This document shows positions 1 to 14,016 of a DNA stretch of 64,000 bases, in pieces (positions within the stretch are counted from its first letter, which is position 1; each line of letters begins with the position of its first letter). The notes beneath the pieces were generated by a model. The model did not search any database. It saw only the letters and a list, made by a program, of their open reading frames with translations, and was not told the DNA's origin. This DNA comes from Anthoceros angustus (taxonomy: Eukaryota; Plantae; Anthocerotophyta). The DNA lies in the NCBI GenBank assembly GCA_010909165.1, contig VJWM01000016.1, positions 620,001-684,000 on the forward strand, read 5' to 3'. The translations under genes were made by a program, and so were the position numbers.

Positions 1-29
1 AAAATGTATTAGGGAACGGACGCGCGGAG

Positions 30-175
30 GGGCGTCACAGCCGAGAACGGTCGAGGCCGTGAGGCCGAGACCGTTCTAGGCCGGCGCCCGACGGCGTCCG
101 GCCTCAAGGCGAGGGAGCGGCCGAGTCCGGGGCCGAGGCAGCGCCTTTCATTGCGGGGCCGGGGCGGGAGCCGAG
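30..175. other. GC-rich block with GGCCGAG/GAGGCCG motifs and a stem-loop (AGAACGGTC 44-52 / GACCGTTCT 69-77); candidate element terminus
   Basis: Inverted repeat read directly; the loop holds GAGGCCG twice; abrupt switch to AT-rich DNA after ~230. Confidence 0.45.
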
Positions 176-565
176 GTCTGTGAACTTGTTTAGACTGGGT
201 GCCTATACCACCCGGCTTATATGTCATTTCTCTCTCTCTTACAGTAACTTGCCCTTCACTACGGTATCATTTTCGTTTTTTCAATCCTTTTACACAATAA
301 AAGGATTATCATTCGTCATTGTCGTAATTAGGCTCTAATCAAAATAGTTTTGGTTAAATCACACATATTCTATTGGAGTAGATGGAGTGTAATATGGTTC
401 TGGTTGTCCCGTCTCTTCAGAATAGTACTTTTTGAGCTGCTGATTGTATGGTCCAGATAAATGTATAATCATTTGAATATTTCATCAAGCGAGAATATTT
501 ACGCAATTTAAACCATTGTCGAATTCATATATAAAACTTATCTATTTTTTAACTTTAGTACTCAC

Positions 566-2122
566 CTCAAAGAGTGAAAACAACTCGTTTTGATTCTCCG
601 ATAACTACAAACAAAAAGTAAAAGTAATTAGTCATTTACCTCCATTTCAATTCGGAGAAGATCTTTCTTTGCATATACCTTTTCGACAAGCGTTAAACAC
701 GTCTTTGTGAAGATTCCCCACTGCGGAAATGTGATCGTATGTTACGAAGAAACATAAACATTAGAATTTTTTTGGAATGCAAGCGGATATTACCTTTCAA
801 GCGATGTACCTTTTGAATGTTTTTAGTTGTCTCCGGTTCTTCCATGAGAGACAACAAGTCTGTCGTTTTCAACTCCTTATTTTCAATTGCTGCCCCTATC
901 TCTGCATTGAATGCATACAGAATTATATAACATGAAATTATATGTAATGAAAATAACAGAGAGAGAGGAAGTTATCGCGGCTTACTTGCTTGGATCTGTC
1001 TGTACTGCTCGAATGTTGGGTTGGACCCATCTTCATTCAAAATGGGTTGTACTTGCTCTTTTAGACTATGCTCCCAAAGTGCAGCATACTTAGTTTTAAA
1101 GTCTTGAAAAAGTGGTGGATACTGAAAATTGCACATCCACTTTCCAAACTTGGTGAACTCAAGTGACGGCCCGTAAGTTGGACCATCCTCCTTGAAGTCA
1201 TCAATTTTTCTCTTTTTTGCCTGGTCAAAAACCAAAATGATTACTTTCTTAAACGAAAATCATATTAATCCAAATTATATACATTATACATTTTGTATAC
1301 GATTGGAGATGGCTGCGTTGTCAATGTTGTCAATGTTGTTGTCAATCTTATCGACTTTGTCCTTTATGTTTTTTGCGGCAAATTTTGTTTTCCAAAGATT
1401 CAGAATGCCATGTTATAAAAGAAGCATGTGAAGACAAAGAAGGTATGAATGTAATTTGATTACCTCGATTGCTGGATTGAACTTTGATATCCCTCCAACA
1501 TTGTTTGCATTGAAATCGTGTCCATTAAACCTTTCCACAAGTGTACGCTTCACCCAATTGAGTTGTTCAAGGTTCTTTTGATATCCCGCAGAGATAAATT
1601 TAGGGTTAAGATTTTGGATTTGAGCATAATTAGATCAAGTTTATGAATTAAAGAAAAGTGCTTACCTTCTTTATCTTATTCAATCAAGGTGCATCTCGCA
1701 AAGATGCTTGAGGTCTTGTTTGTCCATGACAGAGAACATTGTGTGCTCGCAGAGGACTGCAACCCACGGGTTTTGTTAGACTCTGACCAACGAGAACATA
1801 CATGACTAACTGCAATCATTTATCCTGAATACCTTTTTCTACAATTTTCCTTATCTCCAGCAGTGGTGGTTCAAACTCTGCGTTTGCGGCATATCCTGGA
1901 TCCCCATGGGTGGGAAGTAATTTGTCAGAGTTGCGCTCACAGGGTGGCGTCCTGTAGTTGCTGTCTGCAGGGGGTTGCGCAACAAGTATTAGTAAAAGTA
2001 AAAGTAAGGTAAGGAATCATAGTACGAATCAAAATACGAAAATATGTATAGCAATCAAGTACCTTCTTGGATTTGAAAATCGTTATTGCTGCCGTTCTCT
2101 GATTCCATCCTGATTCCGCCAA
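566..2122 (-). CDS. Multi-exon gene of unknown function (about 7-8 short exons, AT-rich introns)
   Basis: Open exons flanked by AG/GT on the minus strand, e.g. 604-566 (LSENQNELFSLFE), 720-640 (WGIFTKTCLTLVEKVYAKKDLLRIEME), ~903-794, ~1235-972, ~1630-1463, ~1960-1830. One junction needs a 1-bp indel correction. Start and stop are uncertain. Confidence 0.5.
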
Positions 2123-2320
2123 AAGGCCATTAGAATACCGTAGGGGACAGCTTCCGTCAAATCAGACTGAACATGAAATCGCGCGCGAAACAGCAACGGG
2201 TTGAGCAAGGGCAAATTACTTACGTTCACGATCAACGCTCCGGGTGCTTCACGCGAGCCAATTGTTTGTTCCTGCATCGTAATGTTAAAACTGTTCTTGA
2301 GCACCAATCGATTGAACTCA

Positions 2321-2380
2321 AGAATCGATACCTAAAGAATCGATACCTAAAGAATCGATACCTAAAGAATCGATACCTAA
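2321..2380. repeat. 15-bp tandem repeat AGAATCGATACCTAA x4, plus a degenerate fifth copy to 2395
   Basis: Read directly. Confidence 0.95.
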
Positions 2381-2481
2381 AGAACTGATACAAAAACAGA
2401 AACATGCATGGTTCACCGACGATAGCTGCAAGGTTCACCGACGATCGACAAGACAAATAAACATGAAAACTGGCATACAAA

Positions 2482-2505
2482 CCCTACTAGAAAAGGGCAC
2501 CCTAT
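2482..2505 (+). repeat. Left TIR CCCTACTAGAAAAGGGCACCCTAT
   Basis: Exact reverse complement of 22987-23010. Confidence 0.95.
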
Positions 2506-2760
2506 GTTACACTTTATGTTAAGATTTGGACCCCTGGATGTAACACTCATGTTGCAATTTTGGGGTCATGTAACACTTTTTGGGCCCCTTGTTACACTTT
2601 TGGCTTGGAAACCATACCACGGCCGTTGTTGCAATCATGTTGCAATGGTGTTGCAATTATGTTAAGATGAAGTGAGAGGTGGTTTTGCCTCTCTCAAAAT
2701 TGCAACATGATTGCAACATCTAAAGTGTTACAAGAGAGGTCTTGTAACACTTTTGGAGGC
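2504..2760. repeat. Left subterminal repeats (TGTTGCAA / TGTAACAC / TGTTACAC, both orientations)
   Basis: More than 10 copies; related motifs recur at the right end. This is typical CACTA subterminal architecture. Confidence 0.8.
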
Positions 2761-3269
2761 TTGGTACCGAACCTCCTCCCCATCCACTATTTTCCTTTTA
2801 CTTTTGCCCTTGCAATACCACGTTTTACTTGGTAGTTACCATGTCGCCCTTCAATACGACCATATATAAATACATGCAATACATCCTTATACTATACACA
2901 TGTAGTCTACGATAAATGTAATATATTATTCTAAGTGCTATAAGGCGTATTCAATTTCATATAAAATAAGTTTGTATACTATGCGTATTCCATACGTGCA
3001 TGTACATATTCATGATGCGGTACTATGTATTTACTATACGTGTAAATAGCGCGGCTCTTTCTACCCCTACTTTATAGCATGCCGCGGTTTGTCCTTCCAC
3101 GTCACCAATAGCGGCTTCCGCCATGGCCCCCATTGTCCCCACCTATCACCTTATTGTGACGCATCACTGAGGTTATGCCCCTACAAGATTGTCTTTGTGC
3201 GGAGGAGTTTTGGTATGCTCTGGCTTATGCTTTTCTGCCTCCATGTAAGGCACTTCCTACTCGTCATCG

Positions 3270-6230
3270 TATGCACCTACAGGAAACTTCCGCCCTCCGT
3301 TCGATTCCCAATTTTCTTCTTCCCCTCCCGCTTGCGTTCGGCGGAGGCAAGCTTTGCCACTTCTACCGCTTCCCTCCCTGCCTTCTGCTGGCACACGTTG
3401 CACATACAAACCAGCATGGCCATCATGAGTTACCCAACGTTAATGGGTGTACCAATCACCATAGCTGACCATTTGCCTTACCTTCCGTCCAGTCCCTCCT
3501 CGTATCTTCTGCCCTGCTTGGTGGACAGTTTCCTCGTCCGTCCTTCTTCCGGCTGTCGCAGCCCGTGCCCTTGTCACTCGCCCACCGCCGGCTGCCGCCT
3601 CTACTCCTCCTCCTCTTTTCCTCTTCGCCCGCCACCCTTTATCGCGGTGGCGTTGCCTCAACGGGCTCCACTATGTAGGTCCATGCTCTCGGCCGAGGCT
3701 GCAAGATATGTGTCTGCACGAAATTAGGCACATCGTCCTCTTGACTGCCTCTTGGATCGTCCATCTTGTCATACACTCCACCTCTTCTTCCCCTCCCTTT
3801 CCCCCCCTGCATCGTACGGCCTTTGCCCATATCAAAGGCGCCGCATGATGCCCTCTTGAACCTCCTTCATTCTCTCTCCCCGACATCGCCTCATGCTAGT
3901 GGCGCCTTTTGGCCCCGCCCGAGCATGGATGCTCTGGGTGATCCACTCTCGTCCGCCACCCGCTCCTCCTACTCCCCTGCGTTTTTGGCTGTCCACGTGC
4001 ACACAAGTGTGTTTCCTCCTGTGACGGATCGGTTGCCCCCTCGTGGTCCACCACCCGACTCCGCCTCCACACTCATTGTTCCGCCATTCAGCGTCGTCAA
4101 TCCATCGATCCCAACGGCCTCCACCCTCCAAAACATGGCGTCACCTTCCGGTCTCGGGCACTCCTCCACCTCTTCTCCAGGCTTGCTGCCCACGTGACCC
4201 TCGTCGCCTCCTCCAATCACACCATTCCCAGCATGGATCTTCTTTGGGTGATCCACTTTGTCAGTCCCCACCCGCTCCTCCTACTCCCCCTGCGTTTTTT
4301 TGGCTGTCCACCGTGCACACAAGTGTGTTTCCTCCTGGTGACGGATCAGTTGCCCCTCCGTGGTCCACCACCCGACTCCTGCCCTCCACACTCATTGTTC
4401 CTGCCATTCAACGGCGTCGTCAATCCATCTGATCCCAACGGCCTCCACCCTCCGCAAACATGGCCGTCACCTTCCGGTCTCGGGCACTCCTCCACCTCTT
4501 CTCCAACTGTTGCTTGCTGCCCACGTGACCCTCGCCTCCAATCACACCATTCCTGTGCATGGCTTCCACCAAACTGGCGATCGTGGTGTCGCGGCACCAC
4601 AATTTAAATCCTCTTGTCATCGTTTCCCCCTCTGCCTCCCTCACCTTGCGCCCTCGTGGCGTGGCCCGTCTCCACTTCACCGCTCTTGTTTCATCGTCGC
4701 CTTTCCCCCTTCCAATACCGTTGTGCCCGCCTCCTCTGTCCTCCTCCCCAAGCCCCTTCCTGCCATCGTATGCACCTACAGAAACTTCCGCCTCCTGCTC
4801 GATTCCCAATTTTCTTCTTCCTCCTCATGCGTCATGAGGCAAGCTTTGCCACTTCTACCGCTTCCTCCTCGCCTACACACGTTGCACATACAAACCAGCA
4901 TGGCCATCATGAGTTACCCAACGTTAATGGGTGTACCAATCACCATAGCTGACCATTTGCCTTACCTTCCGTCCAGTCCCTCCTCGTATCTTCTGCCCTG
5001 CTTGGTGGACAGTTTCCTCGTCCGTCCTTCTTCCGGCTGTCGCAGCCCGTGCCCTTGTCACTCGCCCACCGCCGGCTGCCGCCTCTACTCCTCCTCCTCT
5101 TTTCCTCTTTCGCCCGCCACCCTTTATCGCAGGTGGCGTTGCCTCAACTGGGGCTCCACTATGTAGGTCCATGCTCTCAGCATCGGAGGCTGCAAGATAT
5201 GTGTCTGGCACGAAATTAGGCACATCGTCCTCTTGACTGCCTCTTGGATCGTCCACATCGCCACCGCCCGCCTCCTCCTCCCACCCTGCATCGTACGGCC
5301 TTTGCCCATATCAAAGGCGCCGCATGATGCCCTCTTGAACCTCCTTCATTCTCTCTCCCCGACATCGCCTCATGCTAGTGGCGCCTTTTGGCCCCGCCCG
5401 AGCATGGATGCTCTGGGTGATCCACCGCCCGCCACCCGCTCCTCCTACTCCCCTGCGTTTTTGGCTGTCCACGTGCACACAAGTGTGTTTCCTCACAGTG
5501 ACGGATCGGTTGCCCCCTCGTGGTCCACCACCCGACTCCGCCTCCACACTCATTGTTCCGCCATTCAGCGTCGTCAATCCATCGATCCCAACGGCCTCCA
5601 CCCTCCAAAACATGGCGTCACCTTCCGGTCTCGGGCACTCCTCCACCTCTTCTCCAGGCTTGCTGCCCACGTGACCCTCGTCGCCTCCTCCAATCACACC
5701 ATTCCCAGCATGGATCTTCTTTGGGTGATCCACTTTGTCAGTCCCCACCCGCTCCTCCTACTCCCCTGCGTTTTTGGCTGTCCACCGTGCACACAAGTGT
5801 GTTTCCTCACAGTGACGGATCGGTTGCCCCTCCGTGGTCCACCACCCGACTCCGCCTCCACACTCATTGTTCACGCCATTCAGCGTCGTCAATCCATCGA
5901 TCCCAACGGCCTCCACCCTCCGCAAACATGGCCGTCACCTTCCGGTCTCGGGCACTCCTCCACCTCTTCTCCATGTTGCTTGCTGCCCACGTGACCCTCG
6001 CCTCCAATCACACCATTCCTGTGCATGGCTTCCACCAAACTGGCGATCGTGGTGTCGCGGCACCACAATTTAAATCCTCTTGTCATCGTTTCCCCCTCTG
6101 CCTCCCCTCACCTTGCGCCCTCGTGGCGTGGCCCGTCTCCACTTCACCGCTACTGTTTCATCGTCGCCTTTCCCCCCCTTCCAATACCGTTGTGCCCGCC
6201 TCCTCTGTCCTCCTCCCTCCCAAGCCCCCT
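3270..6230. repeat. ~1.5-kb tandem duplication (3270-4760 / 4770-6230), each half with two ~330-bp subunits
   Basis: Matching blocks at an offset of ~1470-1500; subunits at ~3900, 4240, 5400 and 5710. Confidence 0.85.
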
Positions 6231-9200
6231 TCCGTGCCATCTGCATTCCTTCCTAGCCTCTCCACGTCCACATCGCCACCACGTGCACCACTGCTGCCTC
6301 CCACCCCTTCCTTCCGTCGCCTCGGAAAGGCCACCATATCAGGATCCATCTCCAATTCAATGTCATTAAGCAAAATGGTCATTTCCCTTGTTCTCCTTGC
6401 AATGGCCTGAATCTCTGGTGTCTTGTCATACACTCGCCTTACCCTGTAGGAACTCGCAGAACCCCACTATCGCGGACCGCCCACAGGCTGCATGGAAATC
6501 GTCCTCTTCAACCTCCCATACTCTGCCTCTTCTTCCGTTGGAAACCGCCATCTTGATTCTCAAACCTCACCACCACCAGACGCCTCCCTTTCCCCATGGG
6601 TTTGGACCCATCCCCGTTTTGGCTAGCCTCTCTTTTCTGCGATTTCGTACTTGATGGCTCAAACTTCCGTTCCTCTTCAACTCCATCCGAGCCCATGCAA
6701 GTGCATCTTCCCACTCTTCGTCATCCACCATGCTCGGTTTCTTCCATGTCCTCCCCTCTACCATTTCCTCTAGCGCGCGCAGCTTCCACATCGAGTGCGT
6801 GTCGCGTCATCTGCGAAGTGTCGGCTTATCTGGACTTGACCACAGTGCAGGAATGCTTGACACGGATTTCACTAACCGTGCTTTCTCTTCTTTGAACGTC
6901 CGCCATCTTGCGGTGCAGTTCATTCACAACCTTCGTCCTCACGGTACCAGCGATTCTGCGTGCCTTGCTCGGCCGCCGAACAACACGAGTCCCTCCCCGC
7001 TTCATGTGGTTTGCATGGCCTCCTTGACCATTTCACCCCATGCTTGTTTATCAAGGCTTTAACGTGCATCGTTGTCCACCGCACTCACGCGCGGATCCGA
7101 GACCACCATCATCACCGCGGTTAGAACACCACCCCTTGCGAAATTGATTGCGCCATTCGAGATCAAGTGCTCGTCGGTCGGCAGCTGCCTCTGCCGGCTT
7201 GTCCGCCTTCCCCCTTCCACACCAGCCCCGCCTCCTCTGTCCTCCTCCCCAAGCCCCTTCCGTGCCATCTGCATTCCTTCCTAGCCTCTCCACGTCCACA
7301 TCGCCACCACGTGCACCACTGCCTCCCACCCCTTCCTTCCGCCGCCTCGGAAGGCCACCATATCGTGATCCATCTCCAATTCAATGTCATTAAGCAAAAT
7401 GGTCATTTCCTTGTTCTCCTTGCAATGGCTGAATCTCGTGTCTTGTCATACACTCGCCTTACCCTGTAGGAACTCGCAGAACCCCACTATCGCGGACCGC
7501 CCACAGGCTGCATGGAAATCCTCTTCAACCTCCCATACTCTGCCTCTTCTTCCGTTGGAAACCGCCCATGCCGATTCTCAAACCTCACCACCCACCAGAC
7601 GCCTCCCTTTCCCCATGGGTTTGGACCCATCCCCGTTTTGGCTAGCCTCTCTTTTGCTGCGATTTCGTACTTGATGGCTCAAACTTCCGTTCCTCTTCAA
7701 CTCCATCCGAGCCCATGCAAGTGCATCTTCCCACTCTTCGTCATCCACCATGCTCGGTTTCTTCCATGTCCTCCCCTCTACCATTTCCTCTAGCGCGCGC
7801 AGCTTCCACATCGAGTGCGTGTCGCGTCATCTGCGAAGTGTCGGCTTATCTGGACTTGACCACAGTGCAGGAATGCTTGAACACAGTTTCACTAACCGTG
7901 CTTTCTCTTCTTTGAACGTCCGCCATCTTGCGGTGCAGTTCATTCACAACCTTCGTCCTCACGGTACCAGCGATTCTGCGTGCCTTGCTCGGCCGCCGAA
8001 CAACACGAGTCCCTCCCCGCTTCATGTGGTTTGCATGGCCTCCTTGACCATTTCACCCCATGCTTGTTTATCAAGGCTTTAACGTGCATCGTTGTCCACC
8101 GCACTCACGCGCGGATCCGAGACCACCATCATCACCGCGGTTAGAACACCACCCCTTGCGAAATTGATTGCGCCATTCGAGATCAAGTGCTCGTCGGTCG
8201 GCAGCTGCCTCTGCCGGCTTGTCCGCCTTCCACACATCGAGTGCGTGTCCGCGTCATGCGAAGTGTCGGCTTATCTGGACTTGACCACTGCAGGAATGCT
8301 TGACACGGATTTCACTAACCGTGCTTTCTCTTCTAACGTCCGCCATCTTGCAGTACCCGAGTTCATTCACAACCTTCGTCCTCACGGTACCAGCGATTCT
8401 GCGTGCCTTGCTTCGCCCGAACAACACGGAGTCCCTCCCCGCTTCATGTGGTTGCATGGCCTCCTTGACCATTTCACCCCATGCTTGTTTATCAAGGCTT
8501 TAACGTGCATCGTTGTCCACCGCACTCACCGCGCGATCTGACCTGACATCATCACCGCGGTTAGAACACCACCCCTTGCAAATTGATTGCGCCATTCGAG
8601 ATCAAGTGCTGCGGCGTCGGCGCCGTCTGTCGCCTCGCCGCTTGTCCGCCCCTTCCACGATTCCCACTTTCCCTTCTTGCAATCGCTGCCCGCCCTCGAA
8701 GGTTGCCTCCCTTGTCCCCATGCTTAAACACCGCCGATGCCGTGCTCTGTGTTACCCGTTTGTCCACCATGCCCACTCACCCGGCGCAAACTTGAGCGTG
8801 TGCACACTTTGCCGATCACTTGCCGGCAAAGTGTGCACTTGGTGCACACTTTGCCGCATCACTTGCCGTTAAATCGACTCGCGACAACCAACCTCATCCG
8901 ACGTAAATAGCTCCTCCTCTATGTCGTTCAATTCTTGCGCAATGCTCCAACTCGCATCCGTCGGTGGGAGGTTCCATCTCGGCGTCGTCAAAATCAACTC
9001 CCTCGTGACCATCTCGCCTCGCCTCTTACCTTCGGCCGTCTTGATGAGGAGGCCGCTTCTTGGTCGCCGATGTCGAATGAAGACCGCACTGGTGCGGGGA
9101 TGAGCGACACCCGAGGCCGAGGCGGTTGCCCCCATCCTCCCCACCCGGATCGGTCCATCGTCGTCGGCGCGCCCCGTGTGGTGTTCGCGGCGCCCCGTGC

Positions 9201-9392
9201 GACTCGCCCGGCAAGCCTCAGCTGGCCATACTCTCCACCTTGTGAACCAGTTGTCCACCGCCTTCGTTCCATCAAGGCAATGGCTTCCTCTCGGGCGGGC
9301 GCGAGCCATGAGTCCCATGCATTCAAGACCATTTTGAAAAAGCTTGTTTGCAAAGGCCGGCGGTGGTCATTTCTATCGGCGGGACCGTGCAC
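6158..9392 (-). pseudogene. Fragmented second ORF region of the EnSpm element, possibly TnpA-like
   Basis: Protein-like minus-strand fragments (MYDKTPEIQAIARRTREMTILL; VDDEEWEDALAWARMELKR; NAWDSWLAPAREEAIALMERRRW) downstream of TnpD. No diagnostic motif was recognised. Confidence 0.3.
6200..8640. repeat. ~1.02-kb tandem duplication (6200-7220 / 7220-8230) plus a partial third copy (8230-8640)
   Basis: Identical ORF fragments at 6730/7750 and 7072/8092, offset 1020. Confidence 0.85.
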
Positions 9393-9690
9393 TTGCTACT
9401 TGCCCATAATCACAACATTTTTCGACCACAACCTCGACTGTGGAGCAATTTTCATGTCCCATTGGTTACGTATGCGTTACTCGTGATGTATGATATTGCC
9501 CAAATGGCGCGCTCTCAATGCCCCCATTACTCCATTTTAACGAATCATCGACTTCCTCGACCATTCCCACGTCACTTGGGTATTGGCACATTCCGCCATT
9601 GGATCATGCTTGTTTGTTTGGAAATACTTTAATGCCCACTTGGCATCGGTTTTGCCCCATCCGTCAGCTACTCAAACGACATGCCACAAT

Positions 9691-12600
9691 CTATGTGCCG
9701 GTAGCATGGGTTCCTCCTCTCCATCCCTCGCCGGAGTAGGCACGGCCAAGGCCCACCCTGTTCCATCCATCGCCTCCGGATGCATCATGCTGAGTTACCT
9801 GCGATGGCCACACAAATGGACCATCGATGGAGTGCACCCTGTACACGGAAACCTTCTCAGTATTCACAAGGTCAAACCCGTGTACGACTTCCGCAGCGAT
9901 GGCCTTGTCCCTCCTGGCCGACACTCGTACCATCGAACCTTCAACAGAACTGGATTATACTCCTCCGAGAACTGCATCCGCAGTATTTGCTCTATGTGGC
10001 CGTAGAAGACGCGCTCCTCTTCAGGCTCCCCGGCAGCCCCTGTCCCACCCATGATAAACTTTGCGCACACTGCACTATCTTTTGTGCTCCGCCGCCGTTT
10101 GTCTGCCTCCGCTGTTCTGAGGTGGCTGCCTTTGTTCCACATGTGACTATGTGCCAGTGCTTGCAACGCAGGGCCATCCATTATAGCCCTCACTTCGTGG
10201 GTCATAGCAGGATGCCCCTCCCAAGCGCTCACCGCCTTCTTCTGTGCACCCACCTCTTGAAACTTCGTCGTTCTTCATGTGCACCGTACATCCTCACCTC
10301 TTCGTCGTACATGTCCAAAAACGGCTGCATCACCTTCGTGTGATACAGACATAAGTATGGGCCTGGCGCACCTCAACGGCATCCATTGTGTGACCGACAC
10401 CCAACAGCTTTTCTCCCACACGGTCCTCAGGACTCCATGATCCACCGACGTGACCATAGTAACGCCGGAGGAATGACATGCCGAAATGCATACTCTCCTC
10501 TCTCATATACCCCACGGCTATACTGGACTCTGGTTTCGCGCACTCACGCACTGTCCACTTTCTGGATCCTAAGTATCTCTCCACCGGGTACATCCACCTG
10601 GTGTGCACTGGGCCCAATGCAGCCACCTCGTCCACTAAATGTATTATGAGGTGGGTTGATATATCAAAGACCTTTGGAGGGAATTGCTTTTCCAGAGAGC
10701 ACATCACCCGCACAGCCTCTTCTCGTTGTGCTTGAATTTCATGGCCCGGTATTGTCCGCTGGCAAATCCATCTGTACAGTCGACCCAATTTCACAACCGC
10801 CTTGTACACCTCTGGGTCTATGCACCCCCGAAGGACGATGGGGAAGATGATTTCCAGCATGATGTGCCAGTCATGGCACTTCAAGCTGCCCACTTTGCCC
10901 CCTCTAATTTCGCTCCTATGTTAGACCCATAGCCGGCGCTTTATGCGTTTAATTCTCTCTATGACTTGGAGGTCGTCTTTCGCCAAAACGTAAGACGCCT
11001 CGGGCAATGGCGATCCTCTCCTACCGCCACAACCACCTTTTCCCTCCATTGGCTTCCATGTCCATCCTTGATGCTAGGTCGTCTCGCCGTCAAAGTGTGC
11101 CATATGGCCTCTGCATTGTTCTTTTCCACGTGCATGACATCCTTTGGCGCCATCACAAGAAGGTGGCCATATGGGAGCACCCTAAGCAGAAGACATCGCG
11201 CGTTCCAAAATTTCCTCGCCGGATCTCGGCGGGTGGCGCACCTTCTCTGCGTACCATATCATCACCACATCATCAAGCGTTGGTGGCACGGGTGGGGACG
11301 GAGTTCCGCCGTCCATCGTACCATCCATGTCTTCCCACCGTCGCTATCGCTTGGGCAACCACCTCTGCCAACATAAACTGCTTTTTAATTGATGAGAATA
11401 GCGGGAATCCAGTCCGAATCCACACACGCCGGGTCCCTTTCACTTGCAATCCGATCGGTGCCCAACCACAGGTAGTCGGCAATGACGTTCGACCCGCGCA
11501 CCTAAAATGCCTCCTAGGATCGTTCACGGTATTGAAAAGTCTTCCATGTCCACCCCTCTCCACAACTCTTCCGGTTCTTCTACCAGGCGCCATATAAACA
11601 TCAAAATTTTTACCATGCCCGGTCCCGGTACAATGAGAGGCATGATGACATGGGCGTCCTTTGTGCAAGCCAGGAGGCATGTTGTGAGCGAATAGCATAA
11701 CCGGCCATATGGACGTGTTGATGACACTGTGACCAAAGGGGTTGAAGCCGTGCATAATGCCAACCTCAAGTTGCGAGGTTCATCCCGAACCCTTCAAGCG
11801 CATCAAATACTCTCCATGTTGGGGTGTCGCCATCATGGACATGTCCCCATTCTCGCTTTGCCTCCCGACGTACCAAGTCATCATCTGTGCTATTTCCGGC
11901 ATTCAACATGCGTTTCAATCGCGTCTTGAGGAAATGCGGAGGACCTTAGGAAACGATCTCGCTCATCAAACCCTTCCTTGTACGCGGGGGCAATGGGCGC
12001 TGCCAGCGTACTCACCACGAATAGAATACAATCTTTTCACAAGCATGGATTTTCACGTATCTTGGCCCAAACATGTGCAACACGACTTTCTACATGTCCT
12101 TGACTTGTTGGGCGCAAAATATCCACACTTAAGAGCTTTAAAAGTGCCGTCACGGCGTCCGATGTCATACATCGTTTGCCAAGACAACAACGATTTGCGC
12201 TTAGCCGCTTTCTTTCGATTGGACTTCCTCTTCAATGTGGTATAACGGCGTTTCGCCCGCTCGACAAGCTCTGGACTCCATCCCGCGCCTTTGCAACATC
12301 CGTGGCTTCCAACTCGTCCATGCGCCGGGCATATCATCACCTCCCGAACCCTCATCCATACTTTCGTCGTCGGAACTACTAGTGTGGTCGGTAGGATGGC
12401 CACCGCTCGTTCCCCTGTCAGACCCATCTGAGCCCGTATCCGAATCCGTCTGGGGTGCGGAGACGCCGTCAAGACGGCCGCGCTCTTCTATGCCAGCTCG
12501 TGTCTCGCCGACCTGCAAAAAAGCCACCTTAAAGCTAGAATTGGAGTGCATTTGCTGGCCATTGATGCGAGAGAACTCACGGCCACCGCGGGTGCCTGGA

Positions 12601-12760
12601 GCAGCTGGCGCAGACAGTGAATTCTTGAAATGTGTGCCGGAATACGAGCCTGCGAGCTCGCGACACACTGGCGGCAGGGACAATACATGTACACCGCATC
12701 TGCATTTCATGGCATCCTCCCCAGGGTCGTGATCTGGTAGGCACGGCAACCACAGCACAA
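9691..12760 (-). pseudogene. TnpD-type EnSpm transposase, frameshifted in this sequence
   Basis: Ordered motifs: MYCPCRQC (transposase-associated domain); GFNPFG...IWPVMLFAHNMPP (Transposase_21-like); LKCHDWH...FPPKVFDISTHLIIHLVDEVAALGPVHTRWMYPVERYL (DUF4218-like); FYGHIEQIL...VLLKVRWY (DUF4216-like). Confidence 0.9.
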
Positions 12761-13476
12761 CAAAGGTGGTACATCCGTTATCCGAACGCCACCGTCCCCA
12801 CAGTGTGCTATCATGACTTCATGACCCATAAACACAGACGACACATAGGAGCTGGAACGTGCTTGCAGAAACCATGGACGGAAGCACAAACGTCACCTTA
12901 TGGAGATCCCGCGTCCGTGATGACTCGGCGGTAAGTCGGACGATCGGGGCAAAGCGCTACGCCGAGGCGATGCACGCATCGAGCAGACATCGGGGACAAG
13001 AACCTCGCGCCTGGACATGAGCAGAATTTGCGCACCAGGAGCCACCACCGTCTTCCAATCCCAACTCGGGCGGCACTCCGTCGGCGCCCGGATGCGCAAT
13101 GTTCGCGACGTGCATGCGCAGCGGTGGAAGCTGCCGGCGTTATGTCAAGCGTGGTAGCCGACTCTTCCGACGGGCCGGAGATTGGGCGTAGTGTAGGGGT
13201 GACACCTGCAATGGAAAGGGAGGATGTGCGCGCTGGCTAGCTTGGTGGTCGGCACCAGTCGGGATGGTTGACACGCGTATCAGTCATTGCATTTGGGGAT
13301 GCGTGTTTTGATTTAAAGTTGATTACACACAATCCATAAAGTTCGACAACGGCCTTGATCGTCCTAAGCTTGCAAGCAAATGCGAACAAAGCGTTCGAGG
13401 AGGCGCCTTCCCCTTGGTGTAAACAACCTCCTTCATGTCCACTTCTCTGACAAGGAATAGTGTTGAGCTCATTGTC

Positions 13477-14016
13477 TCAAAGTCTCATGAGCTCCCATGT
13501 TGCGTCGCCATTCTCGTGAAAGGGCGAACCCGTGCCGCAGCGTTCCATCTTTGTCTCGTCCAACGCATCCCAATTCCATTCACGTGAAGTGTAGCTTGAG
13601 CCACGGCGCGCGGACGTGAAGCCCCCACATCGGCAGTTTGTTCTATCCAGAAACAGGCGACTCAATTTCTGCAGAACCTCCTCCTTGGATCGTGGCCTCT
13701 GCAGAAATTGTAGCTCCGGAATGCGGTTCGCCTCTTCTTCCCATGGAGGAAATGTGGCTTGGACTGCTGGCACTCCGTCGAGCGCTCCGGATGCCGTCGC
13801 CGCCACAGGCGATTGCTCCTCCACTTTCCTCTTGCCCTTCGCATCACCCGGGGCCGGATCGGTCCCTACGGGGAGGGTGGCGTGTACATCTGCCTTACCC
13901 TTCTCTCTCAATCTCCCTTTCGCCTTCAACTTCCGAGGCTTGCGAGCGGCCAATCCTTGCCAATTCTCTCCATCGAGGTATGCAATGGACCGGAATCTAG
14001 AGAATGCCTTGTGCAT
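13477..14016 (-). CDS. Unknown ORF or exon inside the EnSpm element, upstream of TnpD
   Basis: 179-codon open frame with protein-like composition and basic NLS-like patches (RKPRKLK, KGKRK). Confidence 0.3.
   Translation of the reverse strand: MHKAFSRFRSIAYLDGENWQGLAARKPRKLKAKGRLREKGKADVHATLPVGTDPAPGDAKGKRKVEEQSPVAATASGALDGVPAVQATFPPWEEEANRIPELQFLQRPRSKEEVLQKLSRLFLDRTNCRCGGFTSARRGSSYTSREWNWDALDETKMERCGTGSPFHENGDATWELMRL

Noticed and set aside
2321-2395. RYLKN-repeat ORF (2173-2388) as a protein
   Set aside because: It is simply the translation of a 15-bp tandem repeat.
3089-9100. Numerous Pro/Ser/His-rich plus-strand ORFs
   Set aside because: By-products of a C/T-rich, stop-poor strand and of duplications; no domain signal.
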